Source of the DNA: Tubiluchus corallicola | Lineage: Eukaryota > Animalia > Priapulida | Direction: 5' to 3' | NCBI GenBank assembly: GCA_030141605.1 | Contig: JAQGDQ010000219.1 | Location: forward strand, 1-64,000 | Length of the DNA stretch: 64,000 bases | Part shown: in pieces, positions 26,501 to 39,999 of the stretch | Layout: each line of letters starts with the position of its first letter | How positions within the stretch are numbered: position 1 is the first letter of the stretch | The notes under the pieces: generated by a model | The model's input: only the letters and a program-made list of their open reading frames with translations | What the model was told of the DNA's origin: nothing | The model's database searches: none | Position numbers and translations under genes: made by a program

Positions 26501-29500
26501 ACTTTGAGAAAATGCCTGTTAAAATTAGCCGTTGTTTTTTGTCGCCATTCTGCAAAACAGTTAGCACTGCACAAATGTTGGTTGCTATGGACTTTGCAAG
26601 AACATTTTGATGTTATGTTTAAATCCATTAGATGACTCTTCCTAACAAAAATCTGGGCTTGTCAACAGAAAAAAACCCAAAACAAAATGACTGCTTCCAC
26701 AAGCTATCATCGGAGTTTGAACATGCAAGTTTTTTACAATTGCAGTACTAGTTTCTAACCAGAAAAGTGGGCACGGGGTTATAAAATCAGATTTTTTGGG
26801 ACATTTTCTTGATAATTTGATGCTAGAATATAAAAGTCTAATATATTTAGCATTGGTTTTTACAAAATACGAAAAATTGACGTTTGACCAAATTTTTGGG
26901 TCATTCTACTTTGACGCATCATAACGTAGTTTTAGTTATGCCAACTTATGGATGAGTTTGGTATGCAAGTACACAATTATTTTACAATCTAGTTATTTTC
27001 ACATATTTGTAATATAAAAATACGTAATTGCTAATTTAAACACTATAATAAATTATGCAGACAAATGTGCATGTTAATTTGAATGAGTTACTAATTTGTC
27101 TTGTAATGGAATTAATAATTTTACAAAAGTTACATATCCAAAAATATATGATATATAATGTGTCCCCTTGAACAGTGAAGCTATAGTAGCCTCTACTTTT
27201 TCATTATTGCCTTCTGCTCTTTTTATCTTACGATGTAATTAATAATTTTACAAAAGCTACATATCCAAAAGTATCCGAAATATAGTGTTTCCCAGTGAAC
27301 GGTGAAGCTATATTTAGCCTCCACTTTTTCGTTATTGATCTTTGCTTCTTTATTCTGTGAGCATGTGTCAATATAAAATAAAATAAAATTTTGTCTTATA
27401 TTTGCTTCTGTACTTTGTGTGATAAGTAAAAAGCTAAAAGAAAAAGGTGGGTGCATATTAGTGCATGAAACTGTTTCTTTTTAGGTTCTGGAATAAGCGT
27501 ATCAGACACTGGTGGGACACCTCAACCAAATGGTAAGTAAAAATCTGTTGCAGTTGTTTTATTTTCTGACTTGTTAAAAAGCGTTGGCTTTCTTGTTTAA
27601 GCTTATTAATTCATACTATACTGTTGTTGAACACGTTGGGGCAATTTATGTAGTTTCACAATAGAAACTCTGAATTTAGAACAATTTTCACCATGTTTAA
27701 ATGCATAATCACATTATTTAAAATTATGTTGTTAATTATGGTCAACCAGAATTTTAATCCTCCCCCCTCCCGATTGCCCTATTGCCCAGGTTTCAGCCTC
27801 ATTCCTGACTCAAAGTTATCATGCTTGCATGTCACGCATCCCCGATAGTGTCATATGTCTAAACTAATAGGTTTTCCCAGTTTAATTATCGGTAAATTAA
27901 CTATTCACACAAGTAGTGTATATTACTTGCTCATTTTAAGGCATAGTCCTGTGGGTTAAAGCTATCTAACTACTTTAAACTTGGTCATAATTGATCCAAT
28001 CACTAATTTTTACATAAACACAGTTAAATACAATGCTAGAATTACGGAACTTCTGAGTGAACTGTAGAAATTTCCTAATACATACAGTCACACAGCTGGC
28101 CTTCGCAGCTTTCACGCTGCCTAGCAGGTGTCAGTTTAACGTCTTTTTCTCAAATATACCAACAACGTTGTTCATTTGGCAGGAGATAAAAAATATTTCA
28201 ATTTCTTTTGCATTTTTAAACAAGGCATTTTATACGCGTATATTGTGTGGTGATTTTAATATTGTAATTGTATATTAAAATGCAATAAATGTTGTTCGAA
28301 GGTTGGTTTTTCCTTTAATTATTTACTTGTGTTTGGCTTTGGTTCATGGGTATCTTTATCCAAGCACTTGTGTTTGTTCCTGACCAAAAATGCCTGGTTT
28401 TTGCAAGAAGTGAAAAAGGATGGCTTAGAGCTTTACCAATGATTGAAGTTTGAACATGGTCAGACTTAACTGGTAACTCTTGTAAGCATTTTCAGCCAGT
28501 GGAAAAGATATTTAATTTTGCAGGCATGGTCTTTCTGCTAATCAGGTTCACTGCAGGATGTACAACAGTAATTTGGAACATTGATTTTTAATAACTGCAA
28601 TAAACTAAAAAAACATAAAAACAGAATTTAATAGATCTAAATTATTATCAATTTATACTTATTATTACATTTTTCACAATGACCATATCTGTATAGTAAT
28701 GATGTAAATTTTTGTTTCATTAGGAAAAATGCTACAGTAGTTGCATATGCAACTGGGTGCAATAGGCACTTATATTTGTACTTGGTAGAATGTACTTGAA
28801 TTCAAGCCTTGTCCAGCTACGAATGATAGTTTTGTCATGTTACGAAACCTAGCTACATGAGCTTGACCTAGGAGGGAAACCACAGGGCCCTGTCGAGCGA
28901 ATCTCGGATCAAAAAATGCCAATATAAATATAATTCAAACCTAAACCCCTTGAATTGGAGAGTGCCTTGACTACTTTGTCACTGTTCCTTTCATGCCACA
29001 CCACCATCATAAAAAAGGCAAGCAGCTATTGAAACCAGAACATCAGCCACCTGTAGAGGGCAGACTGAAGTAGGTTAACAAGTTGACTAGAAAGGACCAT
29101 TTAAAATTGAGCAATTATGAATGGAAACCTTTGCGATAAGTTCTTGCTACTTACAATATAGCTTGACTTTTTTCTGTTAACTGGTTTTGCTGGCTAGTTT
29201 GTACTATCTCAGTTTACTTACACACTTTTCTTTTCTCTTGCCTTCTTCTGCAGCTCCATTGTACCGTAAAGCCTCACTTGAAACAAATAGAACACTGCTT
29301 TTTTGGGATGATGTTTTCAACTTCACATTGTATGCTTAAAATGAAGTTTTGTTGTTTGTAAAATTCTAATTAAATACTTGTTTTTTTCTTCAGGTGGTAA
29401 TAACACTCAGCCTATGAATCGTGAAGAAAGCTCCACCACCTCACCTCCTAATCCTACTACTTCAAATGTTTCAAGTCCCATGCCAACATCAACTACTACA

Positions 29501-29935
29501 GTTAATACTACTACCACCACTGCTAGTACTGTTCCTACCACTACAGCTAGTAATGCTACACTTCCCACCTCCACCACGCCAGTTACAAACACAAGTTCAA
29601 GCACAACACCTAGTTCTAACAGTAGCACGCTGACTACATTGCCTAGTGGGAATTCCACTTCGACTCTACCATCCACCACATTACCATCCAATGTGACAGC
29701 AGTTACACCAAATGCCACAACTTCCATAACTAACGTAACTAGTTCCACATCTGCTCAGTCATCCGAATCACCTTCGGAGAAACCGGAAACAGCACTGCCA
29801 GCGCCACACCGTCAGCATTTTGATGTTGCCAGCTTTGTTGGAGGCATAGTGCTTGCACTGGGGATCATTGCCATTTCTTTCTTTGGATTCAAGTTTTATA
29901 AGTCGAGAACCGAACGAAACTACCAGAACTTGTAA
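23561..29935 (+). CDS. CD164: CD164/endolyn-like sialomucin (MGC-24 family), type I membrane glycoprotein
   Basis: Exons 23561-23630 (signal peptide MNFSKISPALFLLLSLLAVLYGE), 25551-25667, 26045-26116, 27485-27532, 29394-29935; all introns are phase 1 GT-AG. It has an 8-Cys domain, a Ser/Thr/Pro mucin stalk, the family motif FDVASFVGGIVLALG with a TM helix, and a short tail ending in ERNYQNL (YxxL lysosomal sorting motif; compare CD164 NYHTL). Confidence 0.92.
27114..27350. repeat. Two-copy diverged tandem duplication, period about 126 bp
   Basis: AATAATTTTACAAAAG(T/C)TACATATCCAAAA...GTGAAGCTATA..TAGCCTC.ACTTTTT occurs twice. Confidence 0.85.
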
Positions 29936-31104
29936 GAACTAGTTTTACTCATTCTTGCCCATGACTGCTATTAGTCGGTTTCAGAACTTAATATTTTGTC
30001 AAACATACAGAATGTTTAACCTGTTGTGAATGCCATCACGAGTCTAGTCCAATTCAAACCATTCTAGTACATTTGTAATGCATATCATTAATTACCTGTA
30101 ATATTCTTTGACAATAATGCAGTATTGCTTTCCATATATAGAAGCACACAGAATCCCCATAGAACAGACATACACATACTTGCCATGCTCAATGCAATAG
30201 CTACACATTATAGTATGTTATAAAATTATATATTTTACTTCATTGAAATCCAAACTTATTAGAGCTTATTAACAAACTTACAGTAACAATAATTGCCATT
30301 ATTTCGTAATTGTGATGCCACAATAGAGTAACTTTGTATTCTAAATTTTTACAATAAAACATATTCTGTGGCAATACGAAATGGCATTCTGAATAATGTT
30401 TTCACAAAATGGGTTCTATGGTAATGCTAAAACAGTGTCACAGTAGTTGGGCAGAAAAAAAATCACTTGTAGTGCAGCCAGTGCTTTGCATTTCAAACTA
30501 GTTTTTTGATAATATTTTGTTTTTGTGTTTCAGTGATAACTACATTTGAGCCTTCACACCTTTTCAGAAAGGTATGGTTTAATATAAATTTTATTTAAAA
30601 CTCCTTCCATTGTTTTATGTTTGCCAGTTATTGGTAGGGTGCTGTGTAGGGTTTTGCTATTGCATTCTTAGCCTTTAGTCATTTACTAACTATCATGTAG
30701 TGGCAAGTTTTTGATTGTGTTTCTCTGTGGAACACCATGTAACTTGTATACTTTTGATCAAAAACATGGGTTAGTGATGCATATTTTTCTAAACTAATGT
30801 GAAAACTTCATTAATGTAAATTGTCCTCATCTTGTAACCATTTTAATTGTTATCGAGTAAATGATGAAGTTGACGGAGTCAGATGACCTGACCTAAGGTA
30901 GATGCTCTTTTTTGACAACTTGAACTTCTGCGTGTGAATAATGCAGTTAGAAAAGTGTGATGAAATTTACTTGATATACATAAATACACATAACTCGCAC
31001 TGATAAAATCGGTCATACATATACAGTGAAAAAGTTGCCTGTAGGCACAAAGATCAGTGTTTCCCATCCAAGAAACATGATCAATAGTTTTTATAATTGT
31101 ACTA

Positions 31105-31898
31105 CAGTCGAACCTCGTTATACCTCCTCCCTCCGTTATAATGCCAGCCTCGCCATAACGCCAACTTTTGCCTTGTCCCGATTTCCATAATATATTAAGT
31201 ATAGAGAATACCGCCAACCTCGCCTAACGCTTTCCACCAACGTATCTGCTATGCCAAAAGTCTGTTGTACATAATAAATTTAAGCTGTTGTAACGTCAGG
31301 CTAGGTAGAGTACAATGAATTGTTATTAAAAAACAGTCACTTGTAAAAACAATGACTTCAAAAAAGTAATTATGGTGTTTAATTTAAGGCTTAGGTCTTA
31401 TTGCAGATGACTGTTAGAAAATGAATGCTGAGATTTTGAGCAAGGAACATTCATTTTCAGAGTACAATAGTTGCATAGCTAAGCTTCAGTATTGAACTGA
31501 TGTGAATTTAATGGCTGTAAAAGCTCAAGGTCAAGTAATATGCAGCGGCTATTCATAATCTTGATTGTCCAGTAATGTTACGTTGGGAGCGTGGTTGCAT
31601 ATTTCTGTTATCAGCAATAGGCTAATTAACCATATTTCACAAGATTGCTTCTCCAGGGTGTTACATAAAAGTTTTACAATGTACCACCTTAGAACTACAC
31701 CTGCATTGTTAATGCAGCAAAAATATACAGTATATAACACATGTATTCTTAAGGGCATAATAACATTATACTATTTCTCACGTATTAAAATTAGCTAGGA
31801 AACAAAACAGAGGCTACACAGCAGAATGGCTTTGATATTTAATGAACCTCATCTTACCGCCAACCCCACTATAGCACCATATTTAGTCGTGTCCCAGA
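31105..31898 (+). mobile_element. Tigger/pogo-type MITE, right end decayed
   Basis: TA|CAGTCGAACCTCGTTATA start with repeated ATAACGCC/ATAATGCC subterminal motifs; same family as 52189-52382. Confidence 0.65.
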
Positions 31899-31995
31899 CC
31901 TGCTGCAAAAATTAAAAAAGTTTTTTAATCGATTTTGGACAGTAACATTCATGTTGCTAGATTACTAAGAGACCGCCATTTTAAGAGGACAAGTA

Positions 31996-32276
31996 CATTT
32001 GTGTGCGGGCATTTGGACACTGGCTCACTTAGGTGCGAGAGGTTTGGTGCCATCGTCGATGCACAAGTTAGTCCAGGTCCAGCATGACTCGATCACACAA
32101 GAATACATTATTTTTGTTTTATTATTGCTCTGTAAATCACAATATTTAATAGGCTAAAATCATCGTAGGAATTGTCGTCTCCTCTCTGATTATCATACAA
32201 CTTTTAAATCATCTAAAGTTTTTATAAGAAAACTAATAATTATTGCCATGAGTACTATCGTGTAAAACTTGAAATA

Positions 32277-32323
<47 letters not shown>

Positions 32324-33032
32324 CACCGCATGCAAAAGACTGCTGTTGAACGCATAAAGTTATTATTTATAATATTTTGCAAGAGATACGCAAAAATGTT
32401 TTTAATTGTTATTATATCTTGCTATTGATAAATATACATTATATAATTGACTTCCTAATTGATCTAGCTAGTTGGGTTTCTTCTAAGGTACAGCAAGCAT
32501 TCAGTGAATATAGAAGTGTGCTATAATACTGGTTAAACTTGTCACTTTAGTTGTACTGTCACTAAATTTTAGTGTGAAAATATTTTTGATTTTTTTGGTG
32601 TGCACTCATCTGTTGTTTACTTTTTTGTAATGCACTAGATATTTTTGAAATAAAATGCTGTCATATTAATTGTTTTAATAAAATGCTAATGTAACATTGC
32701 AGTATCTTCTTCTGCTTCAGTCATTTTGAAAGCTATGTATAAAATACTGAATTAAGATGAAAACTAGAAAGTACAAATTCAGTTGACTAGTTTTAATTAT
32801 GTACCATATATTACTACAAATGTTTAATTTAGTGAAGCAATGATTTTTAAAAAAATACTGTGAACGATAGGAAATTATAGTTATTAAAAATTTAAAATAG
32901 GTACAACATTAAATTTTATTGGTGCCCAAATGTCTCATGTTCGAGTATTCCTGTACCCAAATGTCCCTGCCCCAATGTTGCTTGCCTAAGTTTCCCGTGC
33001 CCAGATGGCCATGCCAAACTGTTATGTACCCC
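31996..33032. mobile_element. Foldback-like element with arrays of about 15-bp subterminal repeats; contains (TA)n at 32274-32318
   Basis: Left GGCATTTGGACAC-type units are mirrored by right GTGCCCAAATGTC-type units. Confidence 0.55.
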
Positions 33033-35199
33033 ATGATACATGCTTCAGTAGGCCTAAGGTATGTGTTCCGCAGTATGCACAGCTGTTTGCATTATGCTGA
33101 AAAAGCTTGTTTGCTGTGGTATTACTAATGAAATTGCAGTAGATCAGCCCACACTATAATGTAATTTCATTCTGCACGTTAAACTGCACGTAATAAAAAT
33201 TTGTTACTACTAACTGAATTATACTACATGTCTTACTCTTTATTGCAGGAATGTGCCAATAGCAGGTCTTTTTTACTGCAGAGAACAAACAATGGTTTAT
33301 ACTACCTGGTGTGCTGATCGCTTAACTAATATTGTTTCTATTTGAGTAATCTCGTGGTATAATCTCAAATATTTTCTTACGTCCTTCCTTTTTGGGGTGT
33401 CTCACAAAGTAAATATTTGTTAGTGTATAATAATAGTTTTATCAGGGAGCCTCATTCTAAATGGCAGCTGGCTGCTATTCTACTGTGATAGGATTTTTAT
33501 AAACTTGAACATTCTCAATGTAGAATTTAATTGTAAGCTATATGTTATAAAACTATTTTTACAATATTATATTCTGCACAGTGTGTATATTCAAATAATG
33601 TTTTCAGTTTATTTAATTAAAATGTGGCACATGTGACTAACCACACTCTTACTAAGATTTGACGACTTTATAAGGCTTTATGAATTCAGTTGAGTTGGTT
33701 AAAAGCTAAGTATTTAGTGAATTTGTGTGACATGACTGTGGACAGCATCAGCTTTTAATGCTACATTAAACATTAATTATTATTATAATTAATAGTGAAT
33801 AACATGAATTTTGTCAAATGAAAGCACTATGGCTTTATAGGCGGTATCAGGTGTAATTCTGTGTCAGGACGGACTCTCTTGAAAGGACTTATTTGTTCGT
33901 AATTTATTTTGTTTTACTTGATTGAATTAAATAATTTAGGGCTGTTAAAGTATTTCTAAAGTGATTGTTGGTTGCTTTACCGCTGGATTAACTGTATAAA
34001 AGACTCTGCACGTAATCATATACAGTTTTAGAATATTGCTGCTAGTAAGATTTTTGTTTATGATTCAATAAATTCCCATTATAGTTAATTATGCCAACCT
34101 TTCATATTGAAAACAATGAAATTATTTATGAAAAGCCTATAGCGTCACTATTAGTTGCTTTAATGCTGGCCTCTTTGCATAACAGGCTTTCAATAAAGCA
34201 ATCATATTTTATAGAATTTCATTATTACTGGTATTATTTTTGTATATGATGCAGTAAGTTCTCATTATAGCTAGTTATGAGAGCCTTTGTTATTAAAAAC
34301 AACAGAGTTATTTGTGAAAAATCAAAGTTTTCCATTGAAGGTTGTTTCATTTATATATCATACTTGTTTTCTATGAATATTTCATAGTGATTCGATAATA
34401 CAATATGAAATTACTTCCATAGTTATTTAAATTGTGGAAGAATTCAACACTGTATTTCAGCTGAGAAGAGTCAGTACTAATAATCAAATTGGGTTTAGTT
34501 AAATGGTAAGCAATCCAATGACTATTTTTTATAAGAAAACTGGACAATTATGAGCCAGTCAAGAACTTGAGACCTTACATACAGAAGTTGCTTGCTGTAC
34601 CACTAAGCTATTGACTTGCATTCTAAAGCAGGTCTGGATTTTTATCATGCTCAGTTGTCACACCTGAGACACAAAATTTATTGTACTATCAGTATAGGCA
34701 GCAATGAAAATGTTTTATATTCTGGCTTATAATATATTCAGAATTACTGCTCATTAGCTGAGTTTAGGCACCTATAGAGTAGGCATGGCATAAATGATTA
34801 AGTTTACTAACTCCTTTAATTACAGTACGCTTGTTTAACATGTTGTTACAGGTTATTATGTGTATTATAGTAACATTGTGTAACAGGATTGTGCCAGTCA
34901 TTGTAGTTGTATTGTGTATCCAAGAGCATACCAAGCACTAATATTTATTTTTTTGCTTTGTTGGTTTCAGGTTTATTCATAAATTAACAGAGTTCTATTA
35001 TATTTTAGTATTATTTGCTTATCGTTAAACGAATCCTTAACACATAGCATCTAATGATATGTTTACTGATCTGTGTAATAATGGTAGTCCACTATTTACT
35101 TCGATTAAAGCAATAAATTTTTATTTCTGCTAAAATAATTATCAAATTTTTGTTCTCAAGATTTTGTGATACACATCAAGCTATTGTGCTAGCACACAA

Positions 35200-35932
35200 A
35201 TCAGGTGGCGCAAAAAATGTACCGAATTTTTCATCATAATATAATCGCTTGAAAATTACCAGACTGATGTTACAGTTGCTTATTTACAAATACCAAAAAT
35301 TTTAGATCATACCCTTAGATTTTTCTTTTTGTAAGTCTTAAAACAAGAAGCCAAAAAAGTTAATGCCGGAAAAACTTTGTGTGTGTCACTATTGTTAAAA
35401 TTTACAGCAAGTGTCCACCATTTTCACTGCAAACTAGACGAAAGCATTTCTTCCAACAGGTAACAGTTTCTTGGTATTTGATTCCAGAGCTCAAAAATTT
35501 TTTGCCTTTAATTCTTCTACATCAAATGTATGCAGCCGTTGTGTATTTTCTCTAGGAATTCAAGCTATCATAGTTCATGGGATTAAAGATTAATTAAGTT
35601 CCATTTTTTCTTGATAAATCTTTTTCAGAACTTCATTTTCTGTGGAAAAGGCCATAATGTATCTGATTGATTTCATTGTCGTTTTGCCACCATTTATTAA
35701 ATACCATAAATGCATATACATCGACGTGCTTTTCAATTATTGATGATTAGCTGACTTTTCCAGCATTTAAAGTTTAAACGTGCAAAAAAGACTAACTATA
35801 AACTTGCAACGTTCCCAGCCAAAAGTCAATGTATTATCGTTATCACGCTGTGAAATTTCAACTTTGCAGAGCAGTCGGTTCTATTGTTACCGTAACCTGA
35901 ACTTCGGCCCATTTTTTGTGTGCCACTTTATA
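35200..35932. mobile_element. Decayed Tc1/mariner-like element
   Basis: Imperfect TIRs GGTGGCGCAAAAAATGTACCGAATTT / AACTTCGGCCCATTTTTTGTGTGCCACTT. Confidence 0.55.
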
Positions 35933-36448
35933 TAGTCCATCATAAAAATAACAATAATTATTATGGTGCAAATGAAAACGCCAAGCTGTAGAAATGATAG
36001 CCTCTATTAAAGGTTACCATCACCAAAGCTATCATTGAATTAGTGCTGTTCAATTTTCCAGCATTCGGTCGTGTGTGCCAACAACAAAAATGTCATGATT
36101 TTTAACGAAATATTTTGCTGATTTATGTGTAGAAATAAAACTAGTTAATATTGTTACTTGCACGATTTTTAGTAAAATATCATTACAAATTTCGTGATTG
36201 AATTAACAAATCTTCACAAGACACGGAGTTTTCAAAATTAATATATAATTTCTTACGAATCCTGACCATAATTATTAGAATTTGCCTGATTGAATACCAG
36301 TTGGCTATTGAGATCCAATTAAGACAGAGTGATATCAGTTCTTTTCTTCTTATTTTATTCAGTTCCATTTGATTAGTCTCTAATTCGATATTGCCATCTG
36401 CTAATATTTTTATCACAATGATAGACCAAGTAGGTGCCTAGGTGGATA

Positions 36449-36949
36449 CAGTGTTCCCTCACTTACTGAGGGTGTTCTATTCCAGGCCCACCCACGATAA
36501 GATAATTTCCGCTATACTTATTTCAGTAGTTATACATTATTTTAAGTCTTTATAAACCAACCTCACACTCTTGATGTAATGAACCTTAGATTCGTTGATC
36601 CCGTAATGGCGGCCAACTGCAGCATACGATCTCCTAATTTGTGGTGTGTATTCATCTGCCGAATAAATACACTATTTACTGTAAATGGTAATTTTTCTGA
36701 TTTATAACATTCTTGTAATGTTAGAATTAATATTTTTAATATATTTTTATACATTTTGTGTTTTTTATGCAAAATTTATCAAATCCATACATTACTGTAC
36801 TATGCATGTGCAAAAATGTTTTAGACCTAGTACCGCAAAACCCGCGAAAAGCGAAAATACCGTGATAAATATTTTACATTAGTACTTTTGAAAACCCGTG
36901 AAACAGCGAGTCCGCGATAAACAAACTGTGAAGTAGCGAGGGAACACTG
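36449..36949. mobile_element. Tigger/pogo-type MITE with TA target duplication
   Basis: TA|CAGTGTTCCCTCACT ... AGCGAGGGAACACTG|TA. Confidence 0.85.
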
Positions 36950-37039
36950 TACCGTGGATACACTCGATCCTCTCCACCACCAGTGGCGAGCAAGCAGACA
37001 TCGATAAAAAGTGTCTGTTTTTGGGATGAACAACACCGT

Positions 37040-39795
37040 CAACTTGTTTTACGAATCACACCAAATATCTTTTACATCAACTTGCTTTAACATCTATCGC
37101 ATTAAGTCATTTCTTTCATTTCGTCTAACCTGCACTTTTTGACATACATTTGTCTTTGGAAAGTTTTTTAAAAAAAATCTCAATTTTATCATAGTTTCTA
37201 TTTTCTTTTTCTAAGTTCTTTTTCTATAAATAAATGAATTTCATTGTTTACATACTTTTTCCATCTAGATTTGGTTATTACATTTATATCAACTGTATTT
37301 ATATCAATAATATAGTTATTCATGATGTGTCTGATTTCTGAATACCAAGTTATTATTTATTTGCACTTTTAGAATTTGTTTTGCCATTTTTTCATCATTC
37401 GATTTCATTAACAGATGATAATACATTAATTTTTTACAGCCTGCAAATCATTGGCCATGTTTTTGTTTCACTTAACATGCCCCAATATGGCGTACTCTCT
37501 TTTTGACATAAAATTTTAAAAAAGCGCTTCATTTTGTATGCTTTCTAATTGATCTAATTCTGATTTGGTGAGATTGGTCCACGTCTCAGCATTATTGATA
37601 GTATTACTGTGTTTTCGGACAGCATTAGCCGAACAGCTGTAACAGTAGTCCCAACTTTAGATTAATTATCAATGTTCATTCTTTCCAAAATCGTAAATTT
37701 CATTTTATCTTTTCTTTTTTCAAACATAAGCTGGTAATTATTTTTGCTACTAAATTATTATTTTTTGTATATTCTATATAATTATAAAGAAAGTAATATT
37801 TTTTTAGGTAAGCCAGTTTGACGGTTGTGCATTTTCACAAAATAACTTCGTAAGGTCCTGTGTTACCTGCAAACGACTGGCTGATATCATTGTGGAAGTC
37901 GTGGGCAAAGGACAGTACACCAGTATTCAAGATGTCACCTTCCTCTTCTAAAAAAGTTTTTCCTTGGATGTCGAGGTATTTTTTCAATTTTTCTTTTTTT
38001 TTGGTTTTACTATTGACATTTAATTTTTTTAGGAGCTTGCGATTTTTTTGATATCACTCTGCCTTAATTAGAACTGGAATAGCTAACTGGAATTCAATCA
38101 TGCAAGTTCTAACATGGATTCCTAAGAAATTATTATTAATAATATTATTTTTATTATTAATTATTATTATTAATTTTGACAAAGATGGAACTACAACAAT
38201 TATTAGAGAAAATGTAAGCATACGCGCCACAGGAAATATTAGGTTAACGCCAAAGTACACCCTATTGGGGTGTATTAATAAAAATACGTTTTGTTGTTTC
38301 CATGGTGTACATGCTATCTGCTCCAGTTAGTCACTGAGAGTGAGACTTTGTCTTTGTGTGAGACACAAGTAACTTCTTTCAGCACTATACTCCTATCTCC
38401 TTTAGTCCTCTTTTCGTAATAGGATCGCCAGGCCTCTTCTTTTTCTCATATCCATTGCGATTTGCACCCTTTCTAGCAATTTCCTTGAGATTTACAGATC
38501 TTTGATTTAATCATTTTTTGAAAACTTTTCCTTGGTTTGTAAACTTGTTTTTATTACCTCACATTCAAGCAGATATTCTTTTGAACACATCAAATCTTCC
38601 TTAAATTGACTTTTATCATTTTTCTTAAGTAACAACATAGTGATTTAATTTAGTAATTTATTAAATTTAATTTACTTAATTTAATTTCTTCTATCCTTTT
38701 CACCTCATTTTATGTCAATAGTGTTATGTACGGTTTTGGTTTGTCGGGTATGTAATGTAAAAATCTTAACTTTGTCTTTCACTTTATTTCATCTATGGCA
38801 TTTCTTTTTTGAATTTTCCTTATGTTTTCTTTAATTAGTTTTTTCCATGCTGACTTTTTAACTTGAAGTAAATATTGAGTTTGTACAAGTTTGCAAATTA
38901 TACTATTTTCCACATCTCTTTCGTTACTCTTCGAGCATTTCTAGACTCTTGTGAATTTGCTAAATTGGAAACAGCATTAGTCTTTTATAATAAATTCTTT
39001 GATGCATTGGCCATACCCCAGTTTCAATTGTCATTCCCCAATAGCTCACAATTTCTTTCTGCAATGAAATTCTTTGTAGCATTTGTTTCTGCATTTTTTC
39101 TATTCTCTTTACCTCCTCATTTGCCAGCTCACCCCACGTTTCTGCATTATATATATGATACTTGGTATTACAATAGTCTCCAGTGAATACAATCTCGTTT
39201 CCATTGCCACAGAAATTCCTCTGTTTTTCATTTCTCCACATTGGCTTTCTGTAATTTTAGTTTCCAAATTACTTTTGTTTCTTTTCAGTAAAATTCTTTT
39301 GTACAGCTTCATTAACCCATTTGTTAAGAATATACCTTTCCTGTTATTTATATCATGTCTACTGCCCCCTTTTTTGGATAGTGATTTTATTTTAATTTCT
39401 TTCCATTGTAATCGAACATCATATTTTGTTACGTCCTTGATCATTTTTACTATGCTGTGTTTTAAATCCTGCTCTGCATGTACCATCATCTTATTTGTCC
39501 ATCCTCGTAGATCAGCAGCTTTCCTTTCTTTAGGTTCCTAATTGCTTAATTGTGATTTTTCTGATTTTTTGTTGTTTTCCTACTTCATCTATTTGTGTAA
39601 ACGTTTTATTTACCATATCTTCAGTAGTAATTTCTGTATTTATCTTTTATTTTTTTATTCTTACTTATAATTTTTCCATCTTGTTCTTTTATTACACATT
39701 TTTCCTCTTTCTTCATGCCATCATTCGTCTCCTAAATTCCCAAAATTTCTTTGATTTGACTCCCCCACCTCTATTAATGCATTCCTCTGCCTTAT
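37040..39795 (-). mobile_element. Decayed non-LTR retrotransposon (LINE) fragments, at least two related pieces
   Basis: Minus-strand remnants NNRKGIFLTNGLMKLYKRIL...ITESQCG and IPSIIYNAETW, plus a second NNAETWTNLTKSELDQLESIQ near 37540-37600; many stops. Confidence 0.75.
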
Positions 39796-39999
39796 TTATA
39801 CAGTAAACTCTGTATAACTCGACCCATTATAACTCGAATTATTGCATAACTCGAACAGATCTCATGGAACAGATTTTCCATAGTGTGTTGAACTGAGGCT
39901 TATGTCAGTTACATCTATTGTTGTAAAAGTTTTACAACATCTAATCTTTTTTGTAGTTTCTTTTTGTTATTGAAACATTCTCCGAGTTTCAACATGGTT

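Noticed and set aside
29407-29748. Val-rich antisense ORF and alternative-frame ORF over the mucin exon
   Set aside because: Shadow frames of Thr/Ser-rich codons in CD164.
34540-34600. tRNA-like A/B-box remnant on the minus strand (similar remnants near 28930-28985 and 57960-58080)
   Set aside because: Too decayed for a cloverleaf; probably old SINE heads whose boundaries I cannot support.
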